Shown here one piece after another: positions 52,536 to 64,000 of a DNA stretch of 64,000 nucleotides. The stretch is from Selaginella moellendorffii (lineage: Eukaryota; Plantae; Lycopodiophyta): NCBI RefSeq assembly GCF_000143415.4, contig NW_003314323.1, positions 500,499 through 564,498 of the forward strand, in the 5' to 3' direction. Each line of letters starts with the position of its first letter. Positions within the stretch are counted from its first letter, which is position 1. The translations under genes were made by a program, and so were the position numbers. A model generated the notes under the pieces. It was not told the DNA's origin. It saw only the letters and a list, made by a program, of their open reading frames with translations, and did no database searches.

Positions 52536-53304
52536 TGATACACTTTTATTTATTACTAGTTTTATTTAATAAATTATTATATATTTTTAATAAAAACTAT
52601 AATTTAATTTATTTGTAACTTATTTATTTTTATAAATTCATTATTTATAGATTGTGGTAAGGTGCTAACATAGAAAGAGATATTTTTAGATTATTTGAGT
52701 ATTATATTTATACAAATAATCTGTGTTCTAAACTATGATGATGTGCTGATGTATACCACATAGATTGTGATTATGATCTTCAGATAATAAATATTGCAAT
52801 AAAGATTAATCTATAATGTAAGACTCCAATAATTTAAAATATCTTTTCCCTTAGGGTTCTCTCATTGGTCGAGATTCTTATATAAAATTATTTAATTATT
52901 TTGCAAGTTGAGGGTAAAATAGTCCTCCTTTATAGCTAGAGGAGTAGCTAGCAAACTATAAGATTATGGTATGCATGATTGCATATGGTGATTATGGTAG
53001 GAGTGATAGTGCTTAGAATTGTGATAATGATGGGTGTGACAGTGCTATAATATATTTTATCTCTATCCCTTTAAAGCAATTGGAAAATAGACAATTGTCT
53101 TATGAAAGAGCTTTTAATGGTTATTTTATTCTTATTTATCTCAAGAATTCAATAGTATATCCAAATCTTCATAACATGTGTGACACCAGTGAGTATCAAG
53201 GTTATGGTTATGGTATTGTCAAGGTTGAGAGTACATTATATTTAAATTTTTCTAATTGTCATTTATAATATTTTAAATATCAATAAATTTTATATATCTA
53301 AAAT

Positions 53305-53404
53305 GTTTTAACTAATTTTAAAAAATGGTGCACTTTTATTTATAGGCCTTTTTCCCTTTATATTTGAATTTTAATTATCAATTCATTCTTTTTTATTGTT
53401 TACA
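53305..53404 (-). mobile_element. Decayed Cassandra LTR fragment
   Basis: aaaatggtgcacttttatttataggcctttttccctttatatttgaa...ttgtttaca matches 48-139 and 29960-30053. Confidence 0.6.
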
Positions 53405-54249
53405 GCTTCCACTCTATAGTAAAAAGCCCATGTGGCAAAAGTGGCAAAGTGGGAAGATTTCAAAAACAGCCATTGAACCATACTAAACATAATTTATAAC
53501 AGCAAAAAAAAAAAAAAACACTATTGAATAGAATAGAATAGAAAGGAGATTTTACACCCAATAACTTATAACCAATTGACACACATTATATGCAATAAAA
53601 AGGTGTGTTAATACTCCTTAAGTTGGAAAGTTATATATGCCATGCATAACAACCATAGAAGACTTTTATTTTGCAAACAACATGTGAAGAGTGTGTGCAT
53701 ATAAAATTTCATATAACACAAGTGAGTACACTACTAAATGATGAATGGAGAATATATGGACTAATCTGAGAAAACAAGCATAAACCTCTTATTTTCCATC
53801 AACTCTGTATCATATATATAGAAAGAGAGTAAGGCTGAACTCACACTTTTGAGAAAGTATAGAGAATGATTAAGTTGGAAGTGCATAAGGGCTTATAAAC
53901 TTCAAGCATTAGTTGAGAAAAAATATTCTATAGCATCTTGATGATAGTTTATAAGTTATAGTTAATCATATTATCAAATCAAGTTGCAGTTACTCCACTC
54001 AAGATGCTTTTCCTATCAAAATAAGCATTTTTCAGTGATCTTGTTAAAATAAATAAATGAGCAAGTGTATGAAGGAGATATTTAACTTGGGAGTTATTTG
54101 AAAATCATATAATTTATGGCTGTTAAAATATATTTTGTTCTTAAACAAATGATATTTCTAAATGATATTGGTTGTTGACTCATATCCTTTATTTTGAGTT
54201 GATGATAATCTAGGGAACATTGTTATTTTACTAAACTTAATATTGAGGT

Positions 54250-55195
54250 ATTAAATAATACCTATAATTTCTACTGAAGTAGTAAACATAATTTTTCAAA
54301 CTCTAACGAGTTTGTATGAGTTCATGTTGATGCCATTTGACTTGATAGGGGAGTTGTACCACATTTCAGCGTAAAATGGATGAAATGATAGAATGTTTTG
54401 AAGGGTTTGCATAAGTTTATGTAGACAATTTGTTAATCTATATTGATAGCACGTGATATGATCATTTGCGACATGTTGAATAAATGCTTCAATAACTTGA
54501 AAAACAACTCAAACTTCCAAAATGTTATTTTAGGCAAAACTTTTTGAGATATTTAAAGATTATAATTTTTAAATACAAAGTGCAGCCAGATTTTGAAAAG
54601 ATTGATGAATTTTCTATATCAAGGCCCTACCCTAGCTTTTGAAGTTATTCAATTGCTGATGTAGTTGCTCAATATTAAGTAGTCTTTTGCATCTAATTAT
54701 CATCTTAAGGTAGATGTATAACTTTGTTGAACAATTGAATCAAATATTCAAAAGGCATAATTGTGAAGTATATGAACCCACAATATGTCATATTTGCAAA
54801 TTATTTATATACTAGCATCACAAAAGTATACTGACATCTCTCTATTCCATGTATTATTTGTGGGGAGCTTGTTTTACCTCCTATTGTGGGTTTGATGTCA
54901 ATTACCCTATGTTATCTAGAGGGGAAAACATGGTTACAATATTTGAGTTGAGAATAGCCAACATTATGTGCATAATTTTTAGAGTCTTAAGCAAGGGCGA
55001 AAGAGTATTATAAGTAAACCTATGATGCTCATATGTTGAGTTATCAACAAAGTGATATAATGTTAGTGAAGTTTCCTCACCTTGGAGATTCCTCACCTTA
55101 GAACTGATCTATTATCCCTCTAGATTGGACCATATCAAGTGCATATATCTTTTGGATTCTACCATTTTACCAACTTGAAGGGGGAGTAGTGTAAA
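54250..55195 (+). mobile_element. Decayed Ty3/gypsy-type RT relic with a downstream PPT-like tract
   Basis: YEFMLMPFDL...TFQRKMD...VYVDNLLIY; gaagggggagtag followed by tgtaa at ~55177-55193. Confidence 0.6.
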
Positions 55196-55535
55196 ATATA
55201 TACTATATAGATATAGACAAAATTAGCTTGGCTATAAAATTAGTTTTAATGTTAAGATTTCTTATTTCATAACAAATAAAAGCATCTTTACTTAGATACG
55301 ATCTATGAGCTGCAATCTATCAACAATGTAGCTTGTCCATTTTGTTCATAAAAATGCTTTATAGTCATCAAGAATTTTTCATGAAATTGTAATTCCTTTT
55401 AGTTGATTAGCAGATTATACTTAAATTCAATTTTGAAAGTTGTGATAATAAACTATATTGCTAATTATGCAAGATAACCTGAGATTTTCTCCTTTTTCAT
55501 TTATATTAAATAATTGATGAATATTATTGCTTCCA

Positions 55536-57700
55536 TTACAACTTTGATCTCTTATATGGTCCAAAGACCCCTTCTTGTGCAACTGAAATAACAAGCTGAA
55601 AAGAAAACATTTTTAGAATAAGATAATATTTTGGATTTTTATTCTCACTTCGCCAGATTGTGTGTACATATGTCCAGTTGCAAAGCCACGTCCATTACCA
55701 GCAAAAGGACTTTCCATCTGAAAAAGATCATATAATAAAAAACAATATCAGGACAGCATACTAACCACAAATAATAGCCATTCATCTGCTCTGAAAGGTT
55801 GATGGAACCACATCCTATACGAAAACGTATAAAAACATGGTAAAAACCAAAAAGAGTAATAAATGCTTACGAGTGGTCTAAGCTCAAAATTCTAAATCTC
55901 TGCCCTGATGATGTCCTCAAAGGTCTCAGAGCCGTCCCAATGAATTGAGAGTCAGAAGCATAGGCAGCAACACAACTATATGAAAAATTTAAAAACTTTA
56001 CCGGTGATGTAAACGTAGAATAATAACATACCAGTGAAGGGATTGATCGTCTGAGAGTTTTTGACGTGCTTTTAGCCACACTCGCTGCCTAAAAAAGAAA
56101 AATAAAAAAGGACATTAAACCTTAAAACAGAAAAAAGAAAGAAAGAAAGGAAATACCTCGGTTCAAGTTGAGTAGGATTTACAAGATCGACTGGATCACA
56201 AAGTCGCACTTCCATGGGATATTGTAGATGTGGAGCCGCTGCTAGCTTCTTCTTTATACGCCTGCCAAGGATATTAGAGCCAAATATTGCCTACCTTTAA
56301 GAATCTTACAAGGGAATTCGGGCGTCTACTCGGTATCTTTGCTCAAGAACTTCTCTAGGCAAAACCTGCAAACTCAGAAAGAAACTCAAGACCATGCTCT
56401 AGAAAATAAAAGAATTACATCTTCGGGTCGAGGTGCTTCAGGCATGTCTCGTTGGTGCTCCAAACTTTTCTCTAATCTCTATGACAAAAGAATTGTGATC
56501 AACTTGAAAAAGAAATTATGTAAATCTTACCTGGAAGGAGGCAGTCAGCCTGAAAATCTCTTGTCCTCTTTGCATTGCTCTGACGCACCTTGTTGCAAAC
56601 CTGTGGCCATCTCGTACTCTTTCCACTTGGTACATTATGGGCACTGCATCAGAGAAAAGAGTTTTAGCTTTCTTCCTTCCAAGTTAGTTCTAACACAAAC
56701 TGCCTACGAGCTTCATCTCCAGCCACGAGGAAATTAGAGTGCAGACTGTGCACAAGAAGGGAAGGATCCACGGATTTACAAGCGGCTGCCAAAGCCTATC
56801 GAAAGGAAGAAAACGAAAAGAAGGAAAGAAAAATCTGGTAGAGTTCAAAGATTGTAAAACTAGTTACCTGGCCAATAAGTTGTCCACCAAAGACACGCCC
56901 GGTTTCTGAGGGATACGCAGTAAGACCACGATACAAGTCAACCTGGAAGAGCACAGATGAAAAAAGCCAACGTGGCCATTGAAGCTTACATCCAGCTTGT
57001 CCAGCTCAAGAACTCTCTCCACCGTAGCCACATCCTTTCTTTGATTGTCAGTCCATATAGAGTCCGAAGAAACCAAGGCATGGTGCTCATGTGTGAGCAC
57101 TAAGCATATCACCTGAGAAAAACAAAATAAATCCTTATCAAGATCTAGAAAGGAAAGTAAAGCATGAAGACCTCATCAACAGCAACAACATCAGCCTTGT
57201 GGATCTCTTGCAGATGTTCCGGACAAACTGTGGAGAACAGATCGAGCAAAAGTTACCTCCAGGAGCAAACTCACCACTTCCAAAGTAGTCTCCTGGTTTT
57301 AATATCAAAGTGTTGCTCACACCAGCGACTTCAGCCTAACGAGATCGAACATGAGGGAAAAAAAAAAAGCTTTTAGAACTTCACCTCTCCTTTCCAGACA
57401 ATGTAAAATCCTTCTCCCGCCTCGCCTTCTCTCACCAGCGTCTCACCAGAAGCTACAGAAGGATTAGAGAAGGGAGGAAAGAAAAAGCTTCCTTTGTACT
57501 ATACCAAAACGCATTGGCTTGAGAGCGTGAGCGATTTTCTTGATCAATCCGGCAGGGAGCTGCTGGAGCAGTGGAACAGAACCTAGGAATTCCATGGCTG
57601 GGCGCGCAAAGACAACGCTAGCATTCGAAAACAACTCAAGGAAAAGAGTACCTTGCTCCACGCTGACGTCCTTGTCGCCAATTGTGAACAAGACAGCCAT
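55536..57700 (-). CDS. Second cNMP-domain acyl-CoA thioesterase II (ACH2-like), peroxisomal
   Basis: [14 protein letters not shown]; VFGGQLIGQ; HSLHSNF; LSLDHS; C-terminus ...GPYKRSKL* (PTS1). Exon layout matches the 44688 gene. Confidence 0.9.
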
Positions 57701-57889
57701 TGGCGGAAGAACCCTAAGCCTCGGCAGTGATAAAAGTCTTTGAAGTGCTCAAGCAAGCTAGCCGATAGCAAAGGAAAGCATGACATACGACGCGGACTTT
57801 TGCGGATCCAAGGGATGCTTGAGTGAAGACCGTTCTTAAGTCACGCAGCCTTGCGATGATGCTGAGAAAGGTGGCTTCATTCCTTGGAC

Positions 57890-58460
57890 TGGTTCATCCT
57901 GTGGAAGAACAGCAGTGACTCGCTCGCGAAATCACCAAGTTCCACGAGAGGGAGTCTCGCCGAGGCATCCTGTTGACGAGGGCCTTGTTCTGGCAAATAG
58001 CAGCGTCAGAAATGTCATGAGCATCTCCTGGAAAGCCACCAAAGTCTTCTGCTTCCGAGACATCACAGTTCACGTTGCTACGCCTTTCCGCTCGATCTGG
58101 TCGAAAGTTTCCCTCACATCGTCCAGACTTTTGTACCTCCCATACATGTTGACGAGCGCAGTGCCAATGCCGGATGCCAAGTTCGCCCAAGCACCCGTGA
58201 ACTTTTGGCGCAGCACTCGAGAAGGTGATCTTGTCCGGGAAAACACTGCTCGAGAGCTTCTTCCTGGCCACACTGCTCGTATCTCCTCTCCATCCAAAAG
58301 AACATCTCCCTCACACCCTCCATGCTTCCACATTTCCTATACATCTCCACAAGTTTCAAGTTTCCAGAGTTTTGGAGGTTGATCTCATTCTTGGAACGCT
58401 GTGCTTGCAGCTCTCCAATTCACGAGAATGTTGCTCGACGGCATTGGACCTGACTGTGTG
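57890..58460 (-). pseudogene. Frameshifted PLS-class PPR fragment
   Basis: KLVEMYRKCGSME..., GTALVNMYGR...FDQIERK, RMPRRDSLSWNLVI in different frames. Confidence 0.75.
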
Positions 58461-58935
58461 ACGTTCTCTACGGTTGTGAGCTCGTGCAAGTCCAGCAGTA
58501 GACTTTTTTATCTTTAAGTTATCCTCATTTAGTTTTCTCATCAGAGAATCCACCGTAAACATCGAACTGAAAAGAAGTGTAACTCCCGACTTGCAAAGAA
58601 GTGTAACGTTTGAAAAAAGAATCAAAAAGAAAAGAGAGAGAGAAGCGTCATCTACGTTGTCTTTCCATTCGATCACGAGTGATCCAAGGCTGCCATCTAT
58701 CTTCTTCCTCGAGATGAGTAAGAAAGAAACAAAAAGTGAAGTTAGCAGAAAAAAGAAAAAAGAACGAACGACTTCTTCACACACAAGCTACAAGAAATGC
58801 AGGCATGATCACGTCTCGAACAGACAAATCCACAAAACCTCTTCAGTATCCTCTGGATGAGCTTTGATGTTCTCGAGAACCGCTTCCTCAAAACTGCAGC
58901 AAAAAGAACTTCGTTTCCTCTTTTTTACCTGAGTT

Positions 58936-59295
58936 CTCGACTTACAAGGATGACTGCGCGCGAAAGGATTTCCTCCAAGAAAATCTTACTAAAAGGATAT
59001 CGGGCCTCCTTGGGCGCCCTGGGTACCAAGCGCTATCCGGTAGATCACGGTGGGGTTGACCATACCGACTTAGCACTACTGGGTCACCGACGAGGGGGGC
59101 CAAGTGGTCAAGGGTCAGCGACCCCATTTACTAAGCAACCCGAGTAACCTTACCTCTCACTCCATTTCTTTTATACCGGTGTTCCTCAACTGCGCCTTGG
59201 CTGGTGGGATAGGTTTTCAGCTTACATGGCACAACACCCGCATCTCCGGGATGACTAGGATTGTTGGTTGTCAACCTGGCATTATCCTATGGTAA
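58936..59295. mobile_element. Unclassified ~360-bp insertion-like segment
   Basis: Flanking gagtt direct repeats and imperfect inverted ends (cttacaaggatga / ttatcctatggtaag). Confidence 0.35.
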
Positions 59296-59299
59296 GAGT

Positions 59300-61300
59300 T
59301 TAGTTCCAAGAGCTCGCAAGTAAAATATAAGTAGCACCATTGGATGAATCCTTACCCAGCAATTTTCCAGCCGACATTTCCACAACCTTTGCATTTCGAT
59401 GGATTCTCGATGCTCCCAGAAGAATCATCCACAGGCCCGGCTGTGGAACAAATGGCATGGATTCCACCACTTCCATGGCTCGCTCCAGCTGACCGGCTCG
59501 CCCCATTGCGTCAACCAAGCAGTAGTAATGCTCGATCCTGGGAGAGATCCCAAAGTCTGCGATCATGGACAAGAAACCTCGGCAACACTGCTCGAGCTGG
59601 CTCGCTGCCGCTGCTAGAATTGTCGTGAAGATGATCTCGTCTGGCTTGAAAGCCAGCAAGATCATCTCTCGAAAGAGATCCAGTGCCTCGCTCACGCGTC
59701 CGTTCTGGACATAGGCGGCGATGATCGAGCTCCATGTCGTGACGTCCTGCTGCTTTTCAAACCGCTCAAATGCTGTTCTCGAGGATTGAACGTAGCCATG
59801 CTGTGCGAGCGCCAAGATCACGGTGATGAGAGCTACTTGGTTGCGATCTGGCATTGTCTCGTAGATGTCCCTGGCACTCGCAAGCTGGCCATCCTGTGCA
59901 TAAGCTTGCATCATCACAGTGGATGTCACAGCGTTTATCTCTGGCATCTCGACGAAGATCTTCACTGCTTCCTCGGATAATCGGCAGCTGACCAGTGAGG
60001 ACAAGAGAGTGTTGTAAGACACCAGGTTGTGGCTGGGCATTTGCTCAAAGAAATCTTTGCAGTGGTGGACGTCGGGTGCGTAACAAGCGAGCATGGTGTT
60101 CCAGGAGACCATGTCCAGGCACGCCAAAGAATCAAACACCGCTCGAGCTTTGTCGATCTTGGAGTGATTGGCGTATAAGAGAATCATGTTGGTCCAGGCT
60201 GACAAGCAACTGGGATCGTCGAGTGTGGTTTCTCGCATGATCTGAAACAAACTCTCGCCATCTTGTACATGCCCAAACCGTGCAAATGCTTGAAGCATCA
60301 CGCTCCAGGTGATTGAGCTTCGCTCTGGCATAATCGCAAACAATCGCTTCGCCTCGTTAAGGCTACATGCGTCCGCGTAAGTTTTCAGCATAGTTGTCCA
60401 GGAAATCACGCTTCTACAAGGCATCGAATCAAACAGTGCCTTCCCTCCTTCCAAATCTCTCATTCTGGAATAACCTTGCAAGACAGCATTCCAAGAAATC
60501 TCGTTGCGCTCCGGCATGGCAACCGAAAACACCGATTCCAGGGCTTCTTCCAGCCCCAACTGAAGAAACACAAGCAAGATGGAGTTCCACGAGACAACAT
60601 TGCGAGCGGGCATTCCGTCAAATAACTCTTTTGCCAAAGACAAATCCCCAGCCTGAGCAAATGCCGAGATAATAGCGTTCCAAGAAGCTAATGTTCTTGC
60701 GCCTATGCTCTGGAACACAGCCATAGCCTTGCCTGTGTTGCCACTGAGAGCATAGGAAGAGATCATAGTGGTCCACGTGTACTCATCGTGAACGGGCATG
60801 ATTTGAAAGAGCTCCTCGGCTTTACTATAATGCCCGCTCTGGGCATATGCGCAAATCATGGAGTTCCAGGACACCACGTTCCTCATGGGCATATTCTCAA
60901 ACATACACTGTGCGAGATCCACAAGGCCGTGCTCGGCGTAGGCATTCATCATAGCCGTCCACGCTACCACGTCCTTGGATGGAATCCTGTCAAAGACCCG
61001 GCGAGCGTCGTCCAGATGCCCCCTCTGGGCATATGCCTGGAGGAGGATATTCCAGGAGAAGGAATTGGGATCTTTGATCCCGGCGAAGACGGAGAGGGCA
61101 CGCTCGAGGCTGCCGCAGCGTGCGTACATCTGGACGAGGAGATTGGCGAGGTAGCGATCGTCGCGGCATTGCGCGCAGCTCTGGATCGAGGCGTGGAGCA
61201 GCGCGCCGCGATCGAGGGTCTTGACATTGGCAATCCTGCGAGCAAAATCTTCTACTTGCTGCTCGTTTGCGCGAGAAGGAAGAGAGGAGGAATGGATCAT
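59300..61300 (-). CDS. PLS-class PPR protein with long runs of short S motifs and an E domain, no DYW; intronless
   Basis: Repeated VVSWN/WT motifs about every 31 aa; HYYCLVDAMGRAGQL...MPFVP...W..LLGA...YILL. Confidence 0.95.
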   Translation of the reverse strand: MIHSSSLPSRANEQQVEDFARRIANVKTLDRGALLHASIQSCAQCRDDRYLANLLVQMYARCGSLERALSVFAGIKDPNSFSWNILLQAYAQRGHLDDARRVFDRIPSKDVVAWTAMMNAYAEHGLVDLAQCMFENMPMRNVVSWNSMICAYAQSGHYSKAEELFQIMPVHDEYTWTTMISSYALSGNTGKAMAVFQSIGARTLASWNAIISAFAQAGDLSLAKELFDGMPARNVVSWNSILLVFLQLGLEEALESVFSVAMPERNEISWNAVLQGYSRMRDLEGGKALFDSMPCRSVISWTTMLKTYADACSLNEAKRLFAIMPERSSITWSVMLQAFARFGHVQDGESLFQIMRETTLDDPSCLSAWTNMILLYANHSKIDKARAVFDSLACLDMVSWNTMLACYAPDVHHCKDFFEQMPSHNLVSYNTLLSSLVSCRLSEEAVKIFVEMPEINAVTSTVMMQAYAQDGQLASARDIYETMPDRNQVALITVILALAQHGYVQSSRTAFERFEKQQDVTTWSSIIAAYVQNGRVSEALDLFREMILLAFKPDEIIFTTILAAAASQLEQCCRGFLSMIADFGISPRIEHYYCLVDAMGRAGQLERAMEVVESMPFVPQPGLWMILLGASRIHRNAKVVEMSAGKLLGKDSSNGATYILLASSWN

Positions 61301-61902
61301 CCATCCAAACTTGCCAATTCCCTCACATTTGAATTTAGGGCTCCTCTGTGCTATGGTTTGGAGCAGTTCTTCCCTCCTCGGCCACGCGAATGTTGGCTCT
61401 GGGAAAAGACGCTGGAGCAGGAGCTGGAATTCGCATGTTTGCGTCCGGGGATTGGTCTCCAGTGCTGAGATTAAGCTTCTCAGGAGCAGACTCAGACGAA
61501 TTCGTTCAGAGAAAAAGCTCTTCGGTGGAGATAAAACATTTGCAAGAAACCAAGTTCGTCATTCCCCTGGAACAACAAAAGAGAAAAGACGATCTATCCA
61601 AAAAACATATACCTTGGATTGGATCAACGCTCTGCCCTGCTTGACGCCTTGGTGCTACGCAAATCGATGCCCCGGCACAGCACAGAGACGGTTGCTCCTC
61701 GAACATTTCTTCCTCCTCTGTAGAGCTTCTCGGATCAAACAGAGTCGATCGATAAGCTTTTCATTTTCCTGGGTGAAGATTTAAATGTTCATAGACAAGT
61801 TATTTCTTTTTTGTAGATTTAAAGTTTGCCATTTGAAAATATTGAACTAAGGGTTTTTACTCAGACTATAAAGCACAATTATAGCTTCAGGAAGGATCAA
61901 CC

Positions 61903-62312
61903 GTTATGGTGCTACAACAATTAAATACCACTTCAAATACCTCTCTTGGACTGCCCTCCTTCACCACTTTGACTAGCAGTGCATTGCAAGGTATTCTAGC
62001 TAATCTAATTTTAAGAAGAATCTAAACTAGCAAATAAAACAGAGTGTCCACGAATCTCATCTTGTTCTTCAAAGAAGCTCTCATCTTGCTCTTACAAAAA
62101 GCCCACATCTTGTTCTTATGGTGCTACAACAAATTAAGTACCACTTCAAATACCTCTCTTGGACTGCCCTCCCACCATTTTGACTAACAGTACATTGAAG
62201 GGTATCCTAGCTAATCTAATTTTAAGAAAAATCTAAACTAGCAAATAAAACAGTATTCATGAATCTGTTCTTCAAGAGAAGCTCTCATCTTGCTCTTACA
62301 AAAAGCCCACAT
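61903..62312. repeat. Tandem duplication of a ~205-210 bp unit
   Basis: ttatggtgctacaaca...ctcttacaaaaagcccacat occurs twice. Confidence 0.9.
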
Positions 62313-62830
62313 TCTTCTGTGATACCTTGTCATTATTTGTATGCATCTAAACTGCCCATAACAATAGAAGATTTCTCTTAAGTGACCTAAATCAAAGGCC
62401 CCATTGGATTCTCAAGCATATTCCCACATAGGGCTCAATTGAATATACTAGGGAATCTGTTACTCTATGACACAGTTAGTACCTAAAGATCTCATTCTAC
62501 TTCTCTGACCAAGATCCTCGCCTGGAAATCGTCACAGCATCGCAGCGCAATCCGGCATTGTGCTCGGCAGTGGCGAAGGCACAGCTCGGACTAACAGCGA
62601 ATATCTCGAGTGAAGCAGCGGCATTCCAGGGAAACGCGATCGATTGCAGATCTCCTCGTTGCCCTAGCTGCGCTAGAAGATCCTGACTAGAGTTCTGCCA
62701 CGTAGGACCGCCCCGTGTCTGAGATTCTATAGTAGCGCAATTTTCGAAAGGCACTCGCGCTAGTGCTTTGATTCCTCGTCTAGGGGTTTTAGCTGGGAGC
62801 AAGCTTGCTAGATCGCCGATCAATGGAAGG

Positions 62831-63570
62831 ATGGTGGCGTTGGTGCCAATGTATATGCATTTCAGTCGCCAGGGAGGAGCGAAATCTTCGAGCGATAGCG
62901 CAGCATCGGCATACACAACAATCTCATCCAAAGTTCCTTCGCAGTGCGAGATGAAACAAAGTAAGTTCATCGCCATGGCCGCTCTGGACAGTGGACGATG
63001 AATAAGGCGCATTGGCATTTCTCTCCAAGGTCTAGTTTTGGAAAGAAGAAAATCATGATGTTAGCTCATTCTTTTTTTTGCAAGGTCTTGGATCCACAGG
63101 CATCTCACAATTGCTAAGCTTACAAGGTGGTACTTTTATTTCGCCTTCTTCTTTTTCTTGCTGGAATGTTTCATTTTCTTCCAGCTTAGATCAAAGAACG
63201 CTATCGTTTTAGCGATGGTGGAGAGCCTGGAGGAACGGCAGGACGGCCAATCTATGCTGCCAGAGAAAATTCTGGTGTGGATGGAGTTATGATTGTTGTC
63301 ACGAGGTACCTATCATCGTTTTTCCAAACGAAAGAACAAAAGCTAATTGGAAATCCAGGTACTTTGGTGGAACGAAGCTTGGAACTGGAGGACTCGTTCG
63401 ATCTTATGCAGGAATCGCTGCTGACTGCCTCAAAAAAGCACCGACGCACATTGTCAAAGCAAAGGTTTTCTTATGTAGTCTACTGACTTGCATCGAGTGT
63501 GTAGATATACTTGGTTCTCAAACTTGGCTTTGATCATCTTGGAGATGTGTACCCTCTCCTAAGCATTGGT
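62831..63570 (+). pseudogene. IMPACT/YigZ (UPF0029) family gene, intron-containing, with stops and a frameshift
   Basis: EMKQSKFIA; VDDE*GALAFLSK; DPQASHNC*AYK; [15 protein letters not shown]; [20 protein letters not shown]. Confidence 0.85.
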
Positions 63571-63644
63571 GTTATTAGTTTCGATCTTTATGTCTTGATG
63601 GCCAACGAATCCAGCTTCAGCTTCACGGTGCCGAGAACATTAAA

Positions 63645-64000
63645 GAAAGCAGCAGGACGTGGGTACTTGGAATTTAGTTATGGTGGGACACGGTGACAAT
63701 GGTGAACCAGAGTCGACTCTAGAGTTATTCCAGAAGATGAAAGCTCGGGGCTCTCAGCCAAACGCTCGGAGCTACGTTGCTGCAGTGAAGGCTTGCACAA
63801 GTCTGGCAAGCTGCTAAAGGTGGTCTCGAGTTGGAGTATTTCGTCGCAAACACGCTGGTGGATTTCTACGTCAAATGTGGAAGCTCGGCAGACGCTCGCA
63901 GAATTTTTGACAAGATGCCACTGCACGATGTCGTGTCCTGGACGGCGCTGGTGCTGGGCTACGCTGAAAACGGTGAAGGCCAGGTGGCCTTGGATCTCTT
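63645..64000 (+). pseudogene. PPR fragment with an internal deletion/frameshift; runs off the window
   Basis: DVGTWNLVMVG...LELFQKM...PNARSYVAAVKAC, then a shifted frame FVANTLVDFYVKCGS...DVVSWTALVLGYAENG. Confidence 0.8.

Noticed and set aside
61221-61784. Plus-strand ORFs divergent from the PPR gene
   Set aside because: No recognisable domain or splice pattern; cannot be supported from sequence alone.
62497-63018. 173-aa minus-strand ORF
   Set aside because: It is partly antisense to the recognisable IMPACT pseudogene and has no motif of its own.

Overview
Plant nuclear DNA, most likely the lycophyte Selaginella (inferred from 50-70 bp introns, very short intergenic spacers and PPR genes rich in short S motifs). 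Bases 1 to ~33,350 are a nested LTR-retrotransposon stack. An old, decayed + strand Ty3/gypsy chromovirus (gag, protease, RT, RNase H, integrase, chromodomain) has been interrupted by three complete non-coding LARD-like elements of two families, each with target-site duplications (TSDs). It also holds a Cassandra-type TRIM carrying 5S rRNA-derived sequence in both LTRs, and further LTR relics. A 76-bp TSD-flanked mini-LTR (714-789) appears to be a Cassandra/chromovirus chimera. AT-rich islands (~34.3-39.1 kb and ~50.2-55.5 kb) hold decayed, intronless genes built as signal peptide + unrecognised domain + GNA/bulb lectin. The gene-dense part encodes a BTB/POZ protein, a GT4 glycosyltransferase, two peroxisomal cNMP-domain acyl-CoA thioesterases, a C2 protein, a mitochondrial-carrier protein, TIC20 and a PLS-class PPR protein. 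It also contains PPR and IMPACT pseudogenes. There is one 100-N assembly gap. All alignments were done by eye.
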